The notes under the pieces: generated by a model | Databases searched by the model: none | Seen by the model: only the letters and a program-made list of their open reading frames with translations | What the model was told of the DNA's origin: nothing | Source: Deltaproteobacteria bacterium | Lineage (GTDB): Bacteria > Myxococcota_A > Polyangia > Nannocystales > Nannocystaceae | Length of the DNA: 64,000 nucleotides | Reading direction: 5' to 3' | Assembly: GCA_016709225.1 (NCBI GenBank) | Contig: JADJEE010000012.1 | Span: 2,371,630-2,435,629 of the forward strand | Made by a program: the position numbers and the translations under genes | Shown here: positions 15,773-24,504 of the stretch, piece after piece | Layout of the letters: every line of letters starts with the position of its first letter | Numbering within the stretch: the stretch's first letter is position 1

Positions 15773-18613
15773 TCACCGCAGGTCGTCGTGCTCGCGCAGC
15801 CACGCCTGCACGGCGGCCAGATCGAGCGGCGTCTTCTCGGGATGCTCGCGGTAGAGCGCGAGGGCTTCGCGCGCCAGCGACAGCGCTCGTGCTCGCTCGC
15901 GTGGCTGCGTCCAGAGCACACGAGCGAGGGCCCAACGCGTGGCCGCGAGCTCGTCGCTCGGCAAGGGCTCGCTGGCTTGCAACGCCAGCGCGCGCTCGAG
16001 CACAGGGCGAGCCGCGGCCACCTGACCCGCGCGCAGCTGCGCCTCGCCCAGCAGCGTCAAGAACGACGCGAGCTTGATGTGCTGCGGGCCGAACTTGGAC
16101 TCGTAGATCGCGATCGCCCGCGAGGCGTGCTCGCGGGCGTCATCGAGACGCGCGAGCTCGATCTCGGTCGCCGCGAGGTACGACAGCGCGCGCGCGAGGT
16201 CGGGGTGGTTGGGCCCCAGCGCGGCCTCACGCAGCGCACACACGCGGAGATAGCCCTCGCGCGCGGCATCGAGGTTGCCCAGCGACATCTCGTCGCTCGC
16301 GAGGTTGCCGAGCGCCATCGTCGTGATCGGATGCTCGGGCCCGTATACCCGCGACGCGAGCTCGTAGGCCCGCTGATCGAGATCGCGGGCACTCGCATGC
16401 TCCCCGCGCGCATCCTCGGTGACACCCAGCGACAGCAGCGACGACACCAACTCCGGGTGATCGGGCGGCAACGATCGCTCGCGGATCAACAGCGCACGCT
16501 CGATCAGCACGCGGGCCTCGTCGTAACGACCCACCTGCACCAACGCCGTGCCGAGGTTGTCGATCGCGAAGGCGGTGTCGGGGTGGTCGGCACCGAGCGC
16601 TGCTTGGCTGTCGTCCGCGAGTCGCCGCATGATGTCGAGCGCGATCGTGGTGTCGCCCAGCTGCAATCGGATCGCCGCGAGCAACGTGTCGGCGCGAGAT
16701 GCCTCGGGACTGCCGACGATGGTCGTCTCGCGGGAGCTCTGCGCCGCCAGCTCGGCATACGCGTGCGCGAGCGGCAGCTCGCCCATCTCCATCAGCGAGA
16801 GCGCCAGATGCGAGAACAGGCGCGTGCGGAGATACGAATCCTGATCGCCGGCTCGCATGCGATGCAGCTGCGCCCGCTCGGCCCACGCGAGCCCGTCCTC
16901 GAAGCGCCGCATCCGCGCGCCGATGAGTGCGAGCAGGCTGGCCGCCGCATGCGCGGCCTCCTGCTCGAGGCCGGCACCGGCGGCGCGGTAGTACGCGTCG
17001 AGCATCATGGCCTCGGCGCGCGGCAGCTGCCCGACCTCGCCAAGCTGCAACGACAGCCGCATGCGGCTCTCGACCACCAGCGGTACCCAGGCGAGTCGAT
17101 CGGCCTGCGCGACCGCGGACTCGAGCGACTCGAGCATCTCGTCGATGCGGCCGGTCAGCCGCGTAGCGGCGGCGCTGGCGAGGTGTTCGCGAATCGACGC
17201 GATCTCGTCGTCGGCACCTGCAGGCTGCGCAGGCTGTCGTAGCAGCGCATCGTCGTCGAGGCAGGTGGCGACGCTGGGCAGCGAGAGCGCGGCACCGGCC
17301 GCCAGCCGTAGCATCGCGGTATCGGCAGTCGGCAGGCGGTGCACCAGGCCCGCGAGCACGAGCTGGCGGTTCGCGAGGCAGGCATCGGCGCGCGCGACGA
17401 GCTCGCGATCCCAATCACGCGCGAGCTCGGCATGACCACACACCTCCGCGCGCGCGGTCGCGAGTTCCGCGGCGTAGGCATCGAGCCGCGCTTCGACCCG
17501 CTCGTCGGTGGCGGCGGCGTAGCCCGCCCCGGTCGCCAGCAGGCCCTCGCGCACCGCCGTGCGCACGCCGTCGTCGACGCCCGGCCACACCGCGACGATC
17601 GACTCGCCCGCCTCGGCGCAGCCGGCCGCACGGCGTCGTTCGTCGAGTTCCTGCCAGCCCCACCGCATCGACGCCACCGCGACCACGACCCCGAGCGCAC
17701 CGAGGGCCATGCGACGGCGCCTGCGCGTACGCAGCTGGGCGAGCGCGTCGAGCAGCGCATCCATCGACGCAAAGCGACGGGTGGGGTCGGCCTCGAGCCC
17801 ACGCGCGAGCACCCGACGCAGCGCGGGCTCGGGCTGCGCGACCATGGGGTGCTCGCCGCGATCGGGCTCCTGCGTGACGCGGCTGTTGGGTCGCACGCCG
17901 CACAGCGCCTCCCAGGCGCTCACGCAGAAGGCGTACTGATCGGAGCGGGCATCGGCGGTGGCCCCCGCGAACAGCTCGGGCGCCATGTACCCCGGCGTGC
18001 CCGCGATGCGAGCACCAGTTGCGTTGGACTCGGCCGGTGTCGGCGCGCTGCCGTTCGATTCGTACCCATCGACGCCGCTGGCGAGCGCGAGGCCGAAGTC
18101 CAGCACGCGCACGCGCCCATCGTCGCCGAGCATCGCGTTGTCGAGCTTGAAGTCGCGATGCACGATCCCGACCGCGTGCGCGGCCGCGAGCGCACGACCG
18201 GCCTGCACGAGCAGCTGCAGCACCGCGCGGGGGCGCCGATGCGCCGCGCGCAACCATGTCCGCAGCGTCTGCCCCTGCACCTGCTCCATCGCCACGAACA
18301 GCTGCCCCTCGTGCGTGCCGACCTCGAAGACCGCGACGACATTGGGGTGGTTCAGCTGCGCCAGTGCCCGCGCCTCGCTACGCAGCTGCTCGGGGTCAGC
18401 CGCGTGCGCGTGCAACAGCTTGATCGCGACCCCCCGGTCCAACAGCGGATCGAACGCCGCGTAGACGCTGCCCATCCCACCACGCCCGAGCGTGGCGACG
18501 ATGCGATAGCGACCGATGCACTGCAGCGGCGTGCTCGGATCGAACAGCCGCTGCTGTACGATCGCCTGCGTCGCTGCGGTGTCGATGCCCGGGGCCTGCT
18601 CGCGCGTGTCCAT
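15773..18613 (-). CDS. Ser/Thr protein kinase (Hanks-type) with long C-terminal TPR array
   Basis: Starts at M292 of track ORF 15773..19486 (MDTREQAPG…). The upstream 291 codons are R/G-rich junk. Kinase motifs GRGGMGSVY, AIK, HRDFKLDNAML, DFGLA, GTPGYMAPE; then a TM-like segment and ~600 aa of TPR-like repeats (…ALGNLASDEMSLGNLDAA…). Confidence 0.85.
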   Translation of the reverse strand: MDTREQAPGIDTAATQAIVQQRLFDPSTPLQCIGRYRIVATLGRGGMGSVYAAFDPLLDRGVAIKLLHAHAADPEQLRSEARALAQLNHPNVVAVFEVGTHEGQLFVAMEQVQGQTLRTWLRAAHRRPRAVLQLLVQAGRALAAAHAVGIVHRDFKLDNAMLGDDGRVRVLDFGLALASGVDGYESNGSAPTPAESNATGARIAGTPGYMAPELFAGATADARSDQYAFCVSAWEALCGVRPNSRVTQEPDRGEHPMVAQPEPALRRVLARGLEADPTRRFASMDALLDALAQLRTRRRRRMALGALGVVVAVASMRWGWQELDERRRAAGCAEAGESIVAVWPGVDDGVRTAVREGLLATGAGYAAATDERVEARLDAYAAELATARAEVCGHAELARDWDRELVARADACLANRQLVLAGLVHRLPTADTAMLRLAAGAALSLPSVATCLDDDALLRQPAQPAGADDEIASIREHLASAAATRLTGRIDEMLESLESAVAQADRLAWVPLVVESRMRLSLQLGEVGQLPRAEAMMLDAYYRAAGAGLEQEAAHAAASLLALIGARMRRFEDGLAWAERAQLHRMRAGDQDSYLRTRLFSHLALSLMEMGELPLAHAYAELAAQSSRETTIVGSPEASRADTLLAAIRLQLGDTTIALDIMRRLADDSQAALGADHPDTAFAIDNLGTALVQVGRYDEARVLIERALLIRERSLPPDHPELVSSLLSLGVTEDARGEHASARDLDQRAYELASRVYGPEHPITTMALGNLASDEMSLGNLDAAREGYLRVCALREAALGPNHPDLARALSYLAATEIELARLDDAREHASRAIAIYESKFGPQHIKLASFLTLLGEAQLRAGQVAAARPVLERALALQASEPLPSDELAATRWALARVLWTQPRERARALSLAREALALYREHPEKTPLDLAAVQAWLREHDDLR

Positions 18614-18690
18614 CCCGGCGTGTGACCGACGGTGACGAATGGGAGGGCCTGCTGTCCAGGCCTGCGCGCAACCGCACCACCGGCGGGCCG

Positions 18691-19677
18691 CTAGCCGGGG
18701 TCGTCGGCCAGCGCGGGCGCGGCCGGGTCCTCGACGTGGGCGGCACACCCGGCGAAGCCGCGGCGCAGCGCGTCGGCATCGAGGGCGTAGCCGACCACGA
18801 CCATGCGACCGTGGCGCGGCGTGGCGTCCCACGGCGCGCCGAAGGTGATCTCGACCAGGTCCGCGACGCCCTGCAGGATCATCCGCTCGTCGACGCCGGC
18901 GACCGCGAGGATGCCCTTGGTGCGGAAGATGCGACCAGCGAAGGGCGCGAGCTCGGTCTCGATGAACTCGGCGAAGCGATCGCCGTCCACATCGCCGTCG
19001 AGGCTGAGCGAGACCGACTCGTAGACGTGGCGCATCCGCTTGGGCGCCGGCCCACGGTAGACGGGCAGCTCGCCGTCGCGTGCGGCGAGCAAGGCGTCGA
19101 GCGAGCCCGGGGCCGCGATCTCGCCGCGCGCGCTGGCGACCACCACCGCCGCGCCGTTGTGCGCCGCGATCACGCGGGTGGCGTCGGCAATCGCGACGTG
19201 GTCGCACGCGTCGGTGCGCGAGAGCACCACGACGTCGGCATAGCCGACCTGTTCGACCGCGAGGTCGTGGCGCTCGAGCAGGTTCACGCGCGTGGCATCG
19301 ACCACGGTGATCACACCGTCGAGGACGAACGCGCCCGAGCGACCGCCGCTGGCAATGGCGGTGACGACACCGGCGGGTGAGGCCGCGCCAGAGGTCTCGA
19401 TCAGAATCCGACGCGGCGGGGTCGCGGTGGCCGCGAGCTCGTCGAGTGCGTGCACGAGCTCGGCCTGCGTGCTGCAGCAGATGCACCCGCCGGTGATCTC
19501 GACGAGCGTACGCACCCGCGCCGCGAGCAGCTCGCCATCGATGCCGATGTCGCCGTGTTCGTTGACGATGACCGCGACCTCACCGCGAGCGAACCCGCCC
19601 AACCACGCGTTGACGAGCGTGGTCTTGCCGGCGCCGAGGAAGCCGGTCACGACCGTCACGGGCACGGGCAGCGACAT
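18691..19677 (-). CDS. COG0523/CobW-family GTPase (putative metallochaperone)
   Basis: Starts at M119 of track ORF 18691..20031: MSLPVPVTVVTGFLGAGKTTLVN (P-loop), GCICCS metal-binding motif, and a C-terminal CobW_C-like domain. Confidence 0.85.
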   Translation of the reverse strand: MSLPVPVTVVTGFLGAGKTTLVNAWLGGFARGEVAVIVNEHGDIGIDGELLAARVRTLVEITGGCICCSTQAELVHALDELAATATPPRRILIETSGAASPAGVVTAIASGGRSGAFVLDGVITVVDATRVNLLERHDLAVEQVGYADVVVLSRTDACDHVAIADATRVIAAHNGAAVVVASARGEIAAPGSLDALLAARDGELPVYRGPAPKRMRHVYESVSLSLDGDVDGDRFAEFIETELAPFAGRIFRTKGILAVAGVDERMILQGVADLVEITFGAPWDATPRHGRMVVVGYALDADALRRGFAGCAAHVEDPAAPALADDPG

Positions 19678-19772
19678 CCCTCGCGAGTGTGGCACGCGCG
19701 ACGCGACGCGCGAAATCCCGCGCGCGCGAGGCCATCGCGCTGGTGCCGGCGACACCCCGTGGTCGTCGCCGT

Positions 19773-20525
19773 ATGATCGCGGCCATGGCAAACGGCAGCG
19801 CTCATCGGGGTGTGGCGTGCTTGGTGGCGTGGCTCGTGGCGTGCGCACCACCGACGTCGCCCAGCTCGAACGCCGCTCCGGTGGAGCCCGCGACACCGAC
19901 CTCACCGGCGGCGCCGGTCGAGCCCGCCACGCCGACGTCGCCCGTCGAACCGGCCACGCCGGCCGCACCGGCCACGCCGGTCGAGCCCGCCGCGCCGGCG
20001 ACACCGGTGCGTGCCGACGAGACGCCGCCACCCGGCTTCACGCCGATCCCCGCCTCGCGCAAGGGCGCCTTCCCGGGTGTGGCGTTCACCGAGGTGCGGG
20101 CGTTCGCATTCGATCTGCATGTCGACGAGCGCTCGGTATGCGGCATGCCGCTCGATGCCGACGGCACACCGTGCGAGACCGTCGAGGGACCCGGCGTGGT
20201 GCTGACCGAAGCGCAGACCAAGACGCTGCTCGCGATGCTGTCGAGCAAGAGCACGTTCGGGTCGGGCTCGTCGTGCTTCCTGCCGCACCACGGCTTCGTG
20301 TTCTACGACGCCGCCGGCACACCGGTCGCAGAGCTCTCGCTGTGCTTCATGTGCGCGATGATGGTCGCTCTGCCCTCGCTGCCGAAGATGAAGCCGGTCC
20401 AGGGCACCGATACCTACGGGCTCAACGAGAAGTCGACCGCACGACTGCGGGCGCTGTGCCACGAGCTGGGCCTGCCGATGTGCGACGCGAAGAGTCCGGC
20501 GGAGTTCTCCGGCACCGCTCGCTAG
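19773..20525 (+). CDS. Lipoprotein with proline-rich tandem repeats (PVEPATPTSP)n and Cys/His-rich C-terminal domain
   Basis: Starts at M29 of track ORF 19689..20525: MIAAMANGSAHRGVACLVAWLVACAPP. Repeats AAPVEPATPTSP x4-5. C-terminal CGMP…CFLPHHGF…CFMCAMM…LCHELGLPMCD. Confidence 0.7.
   Translation: MIAAMANGSAHRGVACLVAWLVACAPPTSPSSNAAPVEPATPTSPAAPVEPATPTSPVEPATPAAPATPVEPAAPATPVRADETPPPGFTPIPASRKGAFPGVAFTEVRAFAFDLHVDERSVCGMPLDADGTPCETVEGPGVVLTEAQTKTLLAMLSSKSTFGSGSSCFLPHHGFVFYDAAGTPVAELSLCFMCAMMVALPSLPKMKPVQGTDTYGLNEKSTARLRALCHELGLPMCDAKSPAEFSGTAR
19871..20010 (+). repeat. Tandem ~27-30-bp coding repeats (ccggtcgagcccgccacgccgac…) encoding PVEPATP units
   Basis: Directly visible in the nucleotide sequence, in frame. 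Confidence 0.7.
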
Positions 20526-20534
20526 CGCGCCGCT

Positions 20535-20981
20535 TCAGGGGAGTTCGGCGTCGATCGACTCGCCATCGAGGTAGTACCAACGCACGCCCTCGCGCACGAA
20601 GGTGCTGTGCTCGGTGAAGCTGACGTCGCGACCGTCCTGACGCAGCGCGGCGGTGAAGGTGACGCTCGCGCGACCGGCCGCGTCGTCGCGCTCGTGCGCG
20701 TGCACGGTCAGCCCCACGAACTCGGTCGCGCGACAGTAGGCCACCAGCTCCTGCTTCCACGCGCGCCGATCGGCTTGGGCGTGCGGACTCTCGGGATGGG
20801 TGGTGTCGATGAGGAAGTTCGCGTCACCCGTCGCATACGCGCTGTAGCGTGCTCGCATCAACGCCGGCGGCGTGGCCGGACGGCCACGGTGGTAGACGCC
20901 ACAGCACTGCTTGAGCTTGGCACCGGAGCCGCACGGGCACGGCGCGTTGGGCGAGGGCTTCACGCCGCGCGAGCTTAGCAA
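20535..20981 (-). CDS. YchJ-like SEC-C motif protein (UPF0225)
   Basis: …NAPCPCGSGAKLKQCCG… SEC-C metal-binding motif near the N-terminus plus a YchJ-like body. 148 aa. Confidence 0.8.
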   Translation of the reverse strand: MLSSRGVKPSPNAPCPCGSGAKLKQCCGVYHRGRPATPPALMRARYSAYATGDANFLIDTTHPESPHAQADRRAWKQELVAYCRATEFVGLTVHAHERDDAAGRASVTFTAALRQDGRDVSFTEHSTFVREGVRWYYLDGESIDAELP

Positions 20982-21058
20982 TGAACGGCGGTGACGAGAC
21001 CTGCCCGCGCCGCGGGGCCGCGGCGCTGCGGCGCTGCCGGGGTGCTATCGTCGGCGCC

Positions 21059-21463
21059 GTGGCACAGCTCGACCTGGTGACGCTCATCGTCGAGGAGTAC
21101 GACCCTGCGATCCGATTCTTCGTCGGTGCGCTCGGCTTCGATCTCGTCGAAGACTCGCCCTCGACCACCAACGACGGTCGCGCCAAGCGATGGGTGGTGG
21201 TGCGCCCGCCCGGCGGTCAGACCGGCCTGCTGCTCGCCCGCGCCGACGGCGATCGTCAGCGCGACGCGATCGGCCAGCAGATGGCCGGCCGCGTGGGCCT
21301 GTTCCTGCGCGTCGACGACTTCGAGGCCAGCCATGCCCGCATGCGCGCCGCGGGGGTCGAGTTCGTCAGCGAACCACGCGACGAGCCCTTCGGCCGGGTC
21401 GCGATCTTCGTCGACATCGCCGGCAATCGCTGGGACCTGCTGGGCCCGCGGCCCGGTCGCTGA
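21059..21463 (+). CDS. VOC/glyoxalase-family protein
   Basis: Track ORF 20981..21463; I prefer the GTG at 21059, giving VAQLDLVTLIVEEYDPAIRFFVGALGFDLVED…, the canonical VOC first beta-strand. The ATG at 20981 would overlap the divergent ychJ-like start. …GVEFVSEPRDEPFGRVAIFVDIAGNRWDLL is a typical C-terminus. Confidence 0.7.
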   Translation: MAQLDLVTLIVEEYDPAIRFFVGALGFDLVEDSPSTTNDGRAKRWVVVRPPGGQTGLLLARADGDRQRDAIGQQMAGRVGLFLRVDDFEASHARMRAAGVEFVSEPRDEPFGRVAIFVDIAGNRWDLLGPRPGR

Positions 21464-21475
21464 CGCAGATCACCG

Positions 21476-22018
21476 TCACGCATGTGCAGCGGCGGCCTGC
21501 TCGACGAGGCAGGCCCGCAGCGCGTGCTTGGCCCGGTGCAGCAAGACATCGACGTGGCCACGGGTGAGCCCGAGCGCAGCCGCGACATCCTCACCGCCCT
21601 GCTCTTCGAGCAGGCGCAGCGTGACGACCGCGCGTTGCGTGTCGCACAGCCGCGCGACGCAGGCCTGTACGCGCACGTGCTCCTCGGCGCGGGCGATCCA
21701 CAGCTCGGCATCGTCGATGTCGCCGCTGGGCTCGGCGCCATCGATCGGCAGGTGGGGCTTGGCGAGATGATGCCGGCGTCGACGGTTGCGCGCGGCGTTG
21801 CGCACGATGCCGGCGAGGTACGGCCGCAGTGCTTCGTCGTCGTCGAGCTCCAGCTCACCCTGGGCCAGCATCGACAGCAGCGTGCACAGGCCGTCCTGCA
21901 CGCAGTCGACCGCGTCCTCGGGGGCGAGGCCCTCGCGGCGGGCGACCGCGGCCAGCGCGGATCGATCCACGAGGATCAGCCGCTGCAGGAGCGCGAGGGG
22001 ATCGAAGGACGCAGTCAT
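21476..22018 (-). CDS. ECF sigma factor (sigma-70 regions 2 and 4)
   Basis: 180 aa. …AVDCVQDGLCTLLSML… (region 2) and …AALGLTRGHVDVLLHRAKHALRACL (region 4 HTH). No co-directional anti-sigma gene downstream. Confidence 0.8.
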   Translation of the reverse strand: MTASFDPLALLQRLILVDRSALAAVARREGLAPEDAVDCVQDGLCTLLSMLAQGELELDDDEALRPYLAGIVRNAARNRRRRHHLAKPHLPIDGAEPSGDIDDAELWIARAEEHVRVQACVARLCDTQRAVVTLRLLEEQGGEDVAAALGLTRGHVDVLLHRAKHALRACLVEQAAAAHA

Positions 22019-22092
22019 CCGTGGGTGTGAGGTGCCCAGGCCCCCGCGATCTTACGCCGGTAAGATCGAACGCGCCCGCGACCTCCCCGGGC

Positions 22093-22416
22093 ATGTCCCC
22101 GCTGCTTCCCGACACCGTCGATGCGACCTTCCCCGCCGCCGCCGCCGCCGCACCCACGACCGCGCTCTACTTCTCGGCGACCTGGTGCGGCCCCTGCCGC
22201 AGCTTCGGCCCGCTGCTCGAGCGCGTGATCGCCACCATGGGCGATCGCGTCGCGCTCGTGAAGGTCGACGTCGACGCGTCGCCGGAGCTCGCCGTGAAGT
22301 ACGGCGTGCGCAGCGTGCCGACCGTGGTCGTGCTGCGCGACGGTGAGATGGTGGCACGCAACAGCGGTACGCTGCCCGAGGGCGGCGTGCGGCGTCTGCT
22401 CCACGCAGACGGCTGA
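22093..22416 (+). CDS. trxA: Thioredoxin
   Basis: 107 aa. WCGPC active site. Typical thioredoxin length and fold pattern (…VDVDASPELAVKYGVRSVPTVVVLRDGEMV…). Confidence 0.9.
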   Translation: MSPLLPDTVDATFPAAAAAAPTTALYFSATWCGPCRSFGPLLERVIATMGDRVALVKVDVDASPELAVKYGVRSVPTVVVLRDGEMVARNSGTLPEGGVRRLLHADG

Positions 22417-22431
22417 CGGTCGCGGCGTGAC

Positions 22432-23463
22432 TCACACTTCGGCGATCTCGGCGTGGTTCGTGCGGCGCTTCGGTGATTGTGTGGCACCGAGCAGCGCCGC
22501 GAAGCGTCGCGCCATGGCGGCCGCGCGCCGCGGACTCGGCCACCCGAGCCCCGGTGGTGTCGCCGCCGCGGCTGCAGCAGCGCGCGTCGGCAACGACGCC
22601 AGCGCCTGCGCACGCGCGGCTTCCACCTGCGCGCGCTGATCCGACGGCAAGCGTGCGAGCAGCCACGCGTGCACGTCGAACGCCAGCTGACCGTGCCGAC
22701 ACTCGTCGTCGGCGATCGTCGCGAACACCCGACGCAGCTGCACATCGGTGAGCGCCTGCACCTGGGCAGCCGCGAGCACGGCTGCGAAGGCCTCGTCGAC
22801 GCAGCCCTCGACGGCGTTGTGCAACGCGACGGCGAACAGGTCGTCGTGGCACGGCCCGGCTTCGCAGCGCGGCACCGTGGCGCCCTCGCGTGCGGCCAGC
22901 CGCGCCATCGCGTGCGCATGCCGACGTTCGTCGCGCGCCGCTGCGACGCAGCGCGACCGCAGCCCCACCGGCGCCCGGTGTCGCGCGAGCGCCCGCGCGA
23001 GCTCCTCGAAGGCCTGCACCGACGCGGCCTCGAGGTGGGCCGCGAGCGCGAACCACCGGCCACGCCCGTCGCCCGCCACGGTCGCCGCGCGGTGCCCCTG
23101 CGGTCGCCGGCCGCAGGTCGGCTCGACCTGCTGCGACTCGATGCTCTCGACGCGGCAGCTCACCGTCACCGCGGTCTTCTCCGGCGACCATGGATCGACG
23201 ACCTCGTCGGGGTCACCGGTGCTGCACGCGGTGATGTAGGTCCCGTAATCGTCGTCCACGTCGAACAGCAGGTGGCACGCCGCCTCGCAGCGCGCGTCGT
23301 CGTCGAGCTCGGCCTCGCGAACCTGCTGCACCTGCGCGGCGGTGAGGGTCCCTTGGTGCTCGGTGGTCACGGTGGTCTCGACGGTCTCGAGCCCACCGCA
23401 GCAGCCGTCCGCCAGCACCGCGGCGACCAACGAGGCGAGGTGTGGGAGATGCGTTCGCGCCAT
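22432..23463 (-). CDS. Ferritin-like-domain lipoprotein
   Basis: Starts at M17 of the track ORF (MARTHLPHLASLVAAVLADGC lipobox). C-terminal half has paired E…ExxH-type di-iron-like motifs (…EELARALARH…, …DECRHGQLAFDVHAWL…). Confidence 0.65.
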   Translation of the reverse strand: MARTHLPHLASLVAAVLADGCCGGLETVETTVTTEHQGTLTAAQVQQVREAELDDDARCEAACHLLFDVDDDYGTYITACSTGDPDEVVDPWSPEKTAVTVSCRVESIESQQVEPTCGRRPQGHRAATVAGDGRGRWFALAAHLEAASVQAFEELARALARHRAPVGLRSRCVAAARDERRHAHAMARLAAREGATVPRCEAGPCHDDLFAVALHNAVEGCVDEAFAAVLAAAQVQALTDVQLRRVFATIADDECRHGQLAFDVHAWLLARLPSDQRAQVEAARAQALASLPTRAAAAAAATPPGLGWPSPRRAAAMARRFAALLGATQSPKRRTNHAEIAEV

Positions 23464-23533
23464 GGCAGCCGAGGTGGTGCCCCGCCAGGCGAAACGATCA
23501 CCGGTGCGCACGAGATTCTTCGCAATGCCCTAG

Positions 23534-24463
23534 CTAGCAGCCGATGCGTTGGGTCGCGAACACCACGTCGTCCACGAAGAACGACAGCCGGCGAGCGGAG
23601 GGCTCGCCATGGTTCGTGAAGCGCAGCGCGTTCCAACCAGCGGCTGCCCAGCTGCCGCGAAAGCGGATGTCGGTGACCGCGATCTGCGGCTCACCGTCGA
23701 CCCAAACCCGCGCTTCGCCGTCGTCGAGGCCGGGTCGGTCGAGCCGCACGAAGGCCTCGACGCAGCGCCAGCGCCCGACGTGGGCGGCATCGAACCACGG
23801 CGTGCGACCGCGGCGGGCCCACAGCCGCTGCAGGCCGCCGCGCCAGTCGTTGCGACCGTCGCAGCCCAGGCGGCCCTCGGCGTCGATGCAGCTCCAGCCC
23901 AGCGGTTCGAGCAGCGCCGGCGCCTCGGAGCGGATCGCGATCTCGGCTGCGATCGCCCACCGCGTGGGATCCATCGCGATGACCTCGCCGAGATCACCGG
24001 GCGCGTCGCGGCCCCAGTCGTCGTCGGTGCGCACGCGGTAGCGAACCCATAGCTCGTCGAAGCGCCGGTCGGCAGCGGCGACCGCCTCGGCGCGCCCGGC
24101 CGGCTCGGGGCCCGCACCGACCCGCAGCGTGACCCAGCCACCGAAGCCGACGTGGGCGGCTCGCGTCACCCGCAGCACGCGGTTGCCTGCGTCGGCGCCG
24201 TGCGATGGATCGGGCTCGATCGCGAAGCCGTCGTCGAACACCAACCACTCCGCGAGCTGCAGCCGCGGATCGTCGATGGCGTCGAAGTCCTGGCAGGCGA
24301 TCCATGCCGCGGGCGCGGCCTCGGAGCAGCCCTCGGCGACATGCTCGTCCGTGGCCACGGCCACCTGCTGCGAGGGCGCCCGCATGTCCCCACGCGTCGA
24401 CGGGCCACACGCCGTGCACGCGACGACCAGCCAAGATCCCCCACGCACGCGGTGCCGCGCCAC
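23534..24463 (-). CDS. Hypothetical secreted lipoprotein (beta-rich jelly-roll-like)
   Basis: Start chosen at GTG 24463: (V)ARHRVRGGSWLVVACTACG, a signal peptide with Cys. Upstream ORF codons are R/G junk. An ATG at 24385 is the alternative start. Confidence 0.55.
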   Translation of the reverse strand: MARHRVRGGSWLVVACTACGPSTRGDMRAPSQQVAVATDEHVAEGCSEAAPAAWIACQDFDAIDDPRLQLAEWLVFDDGFAIEPDPSHGADAGNRVLRVTRAAHVGFGGWVTLRVGAGPEPAGRAEAVAAADRRFDELWVRYRVRTDDDWGRDAPGDLGEVIAMDPTRWAIAAEIAIRSEAPALLEPLGWSCIDAEGRLGCDGRNDWRGGLQRLWARRGRTPWFDAAHVGRWRCVEAFVRLDRPGLDDGEARVWVDGEPQIAVTDIRFRGSWAAAGWNALRFTNHGEPSARRLSFFVDDVVFATQRIGC

Positions 24464-24504
24464 CTCGCGAACGCTACCCGATCCCCGCGTCACTGCGGGG
24501 CCGA

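Noticed and set aside
18614-19486. 291-codon N-terminal extension of the Ser/Thr kinase ORF (track 15773..19486)
   Set aside because: The extension overlaps the CobW-like gene in another frame and translates to RRGRR… junk. The kinase N-lobe starts cleanly after M292.
20981-21058. ATG at 20981 as the start of the VOC/glyoxalase gene
   Set aside because: It would overlap the divergent YchJ-like start codon by 1 nt and add a Cys/Arg-rich leader (MNGGDETCPRRGAAALRRCRG). The GTG at 21059 gives the canonical VOC N-terminus and is kept as the primary call with the alternative noted.
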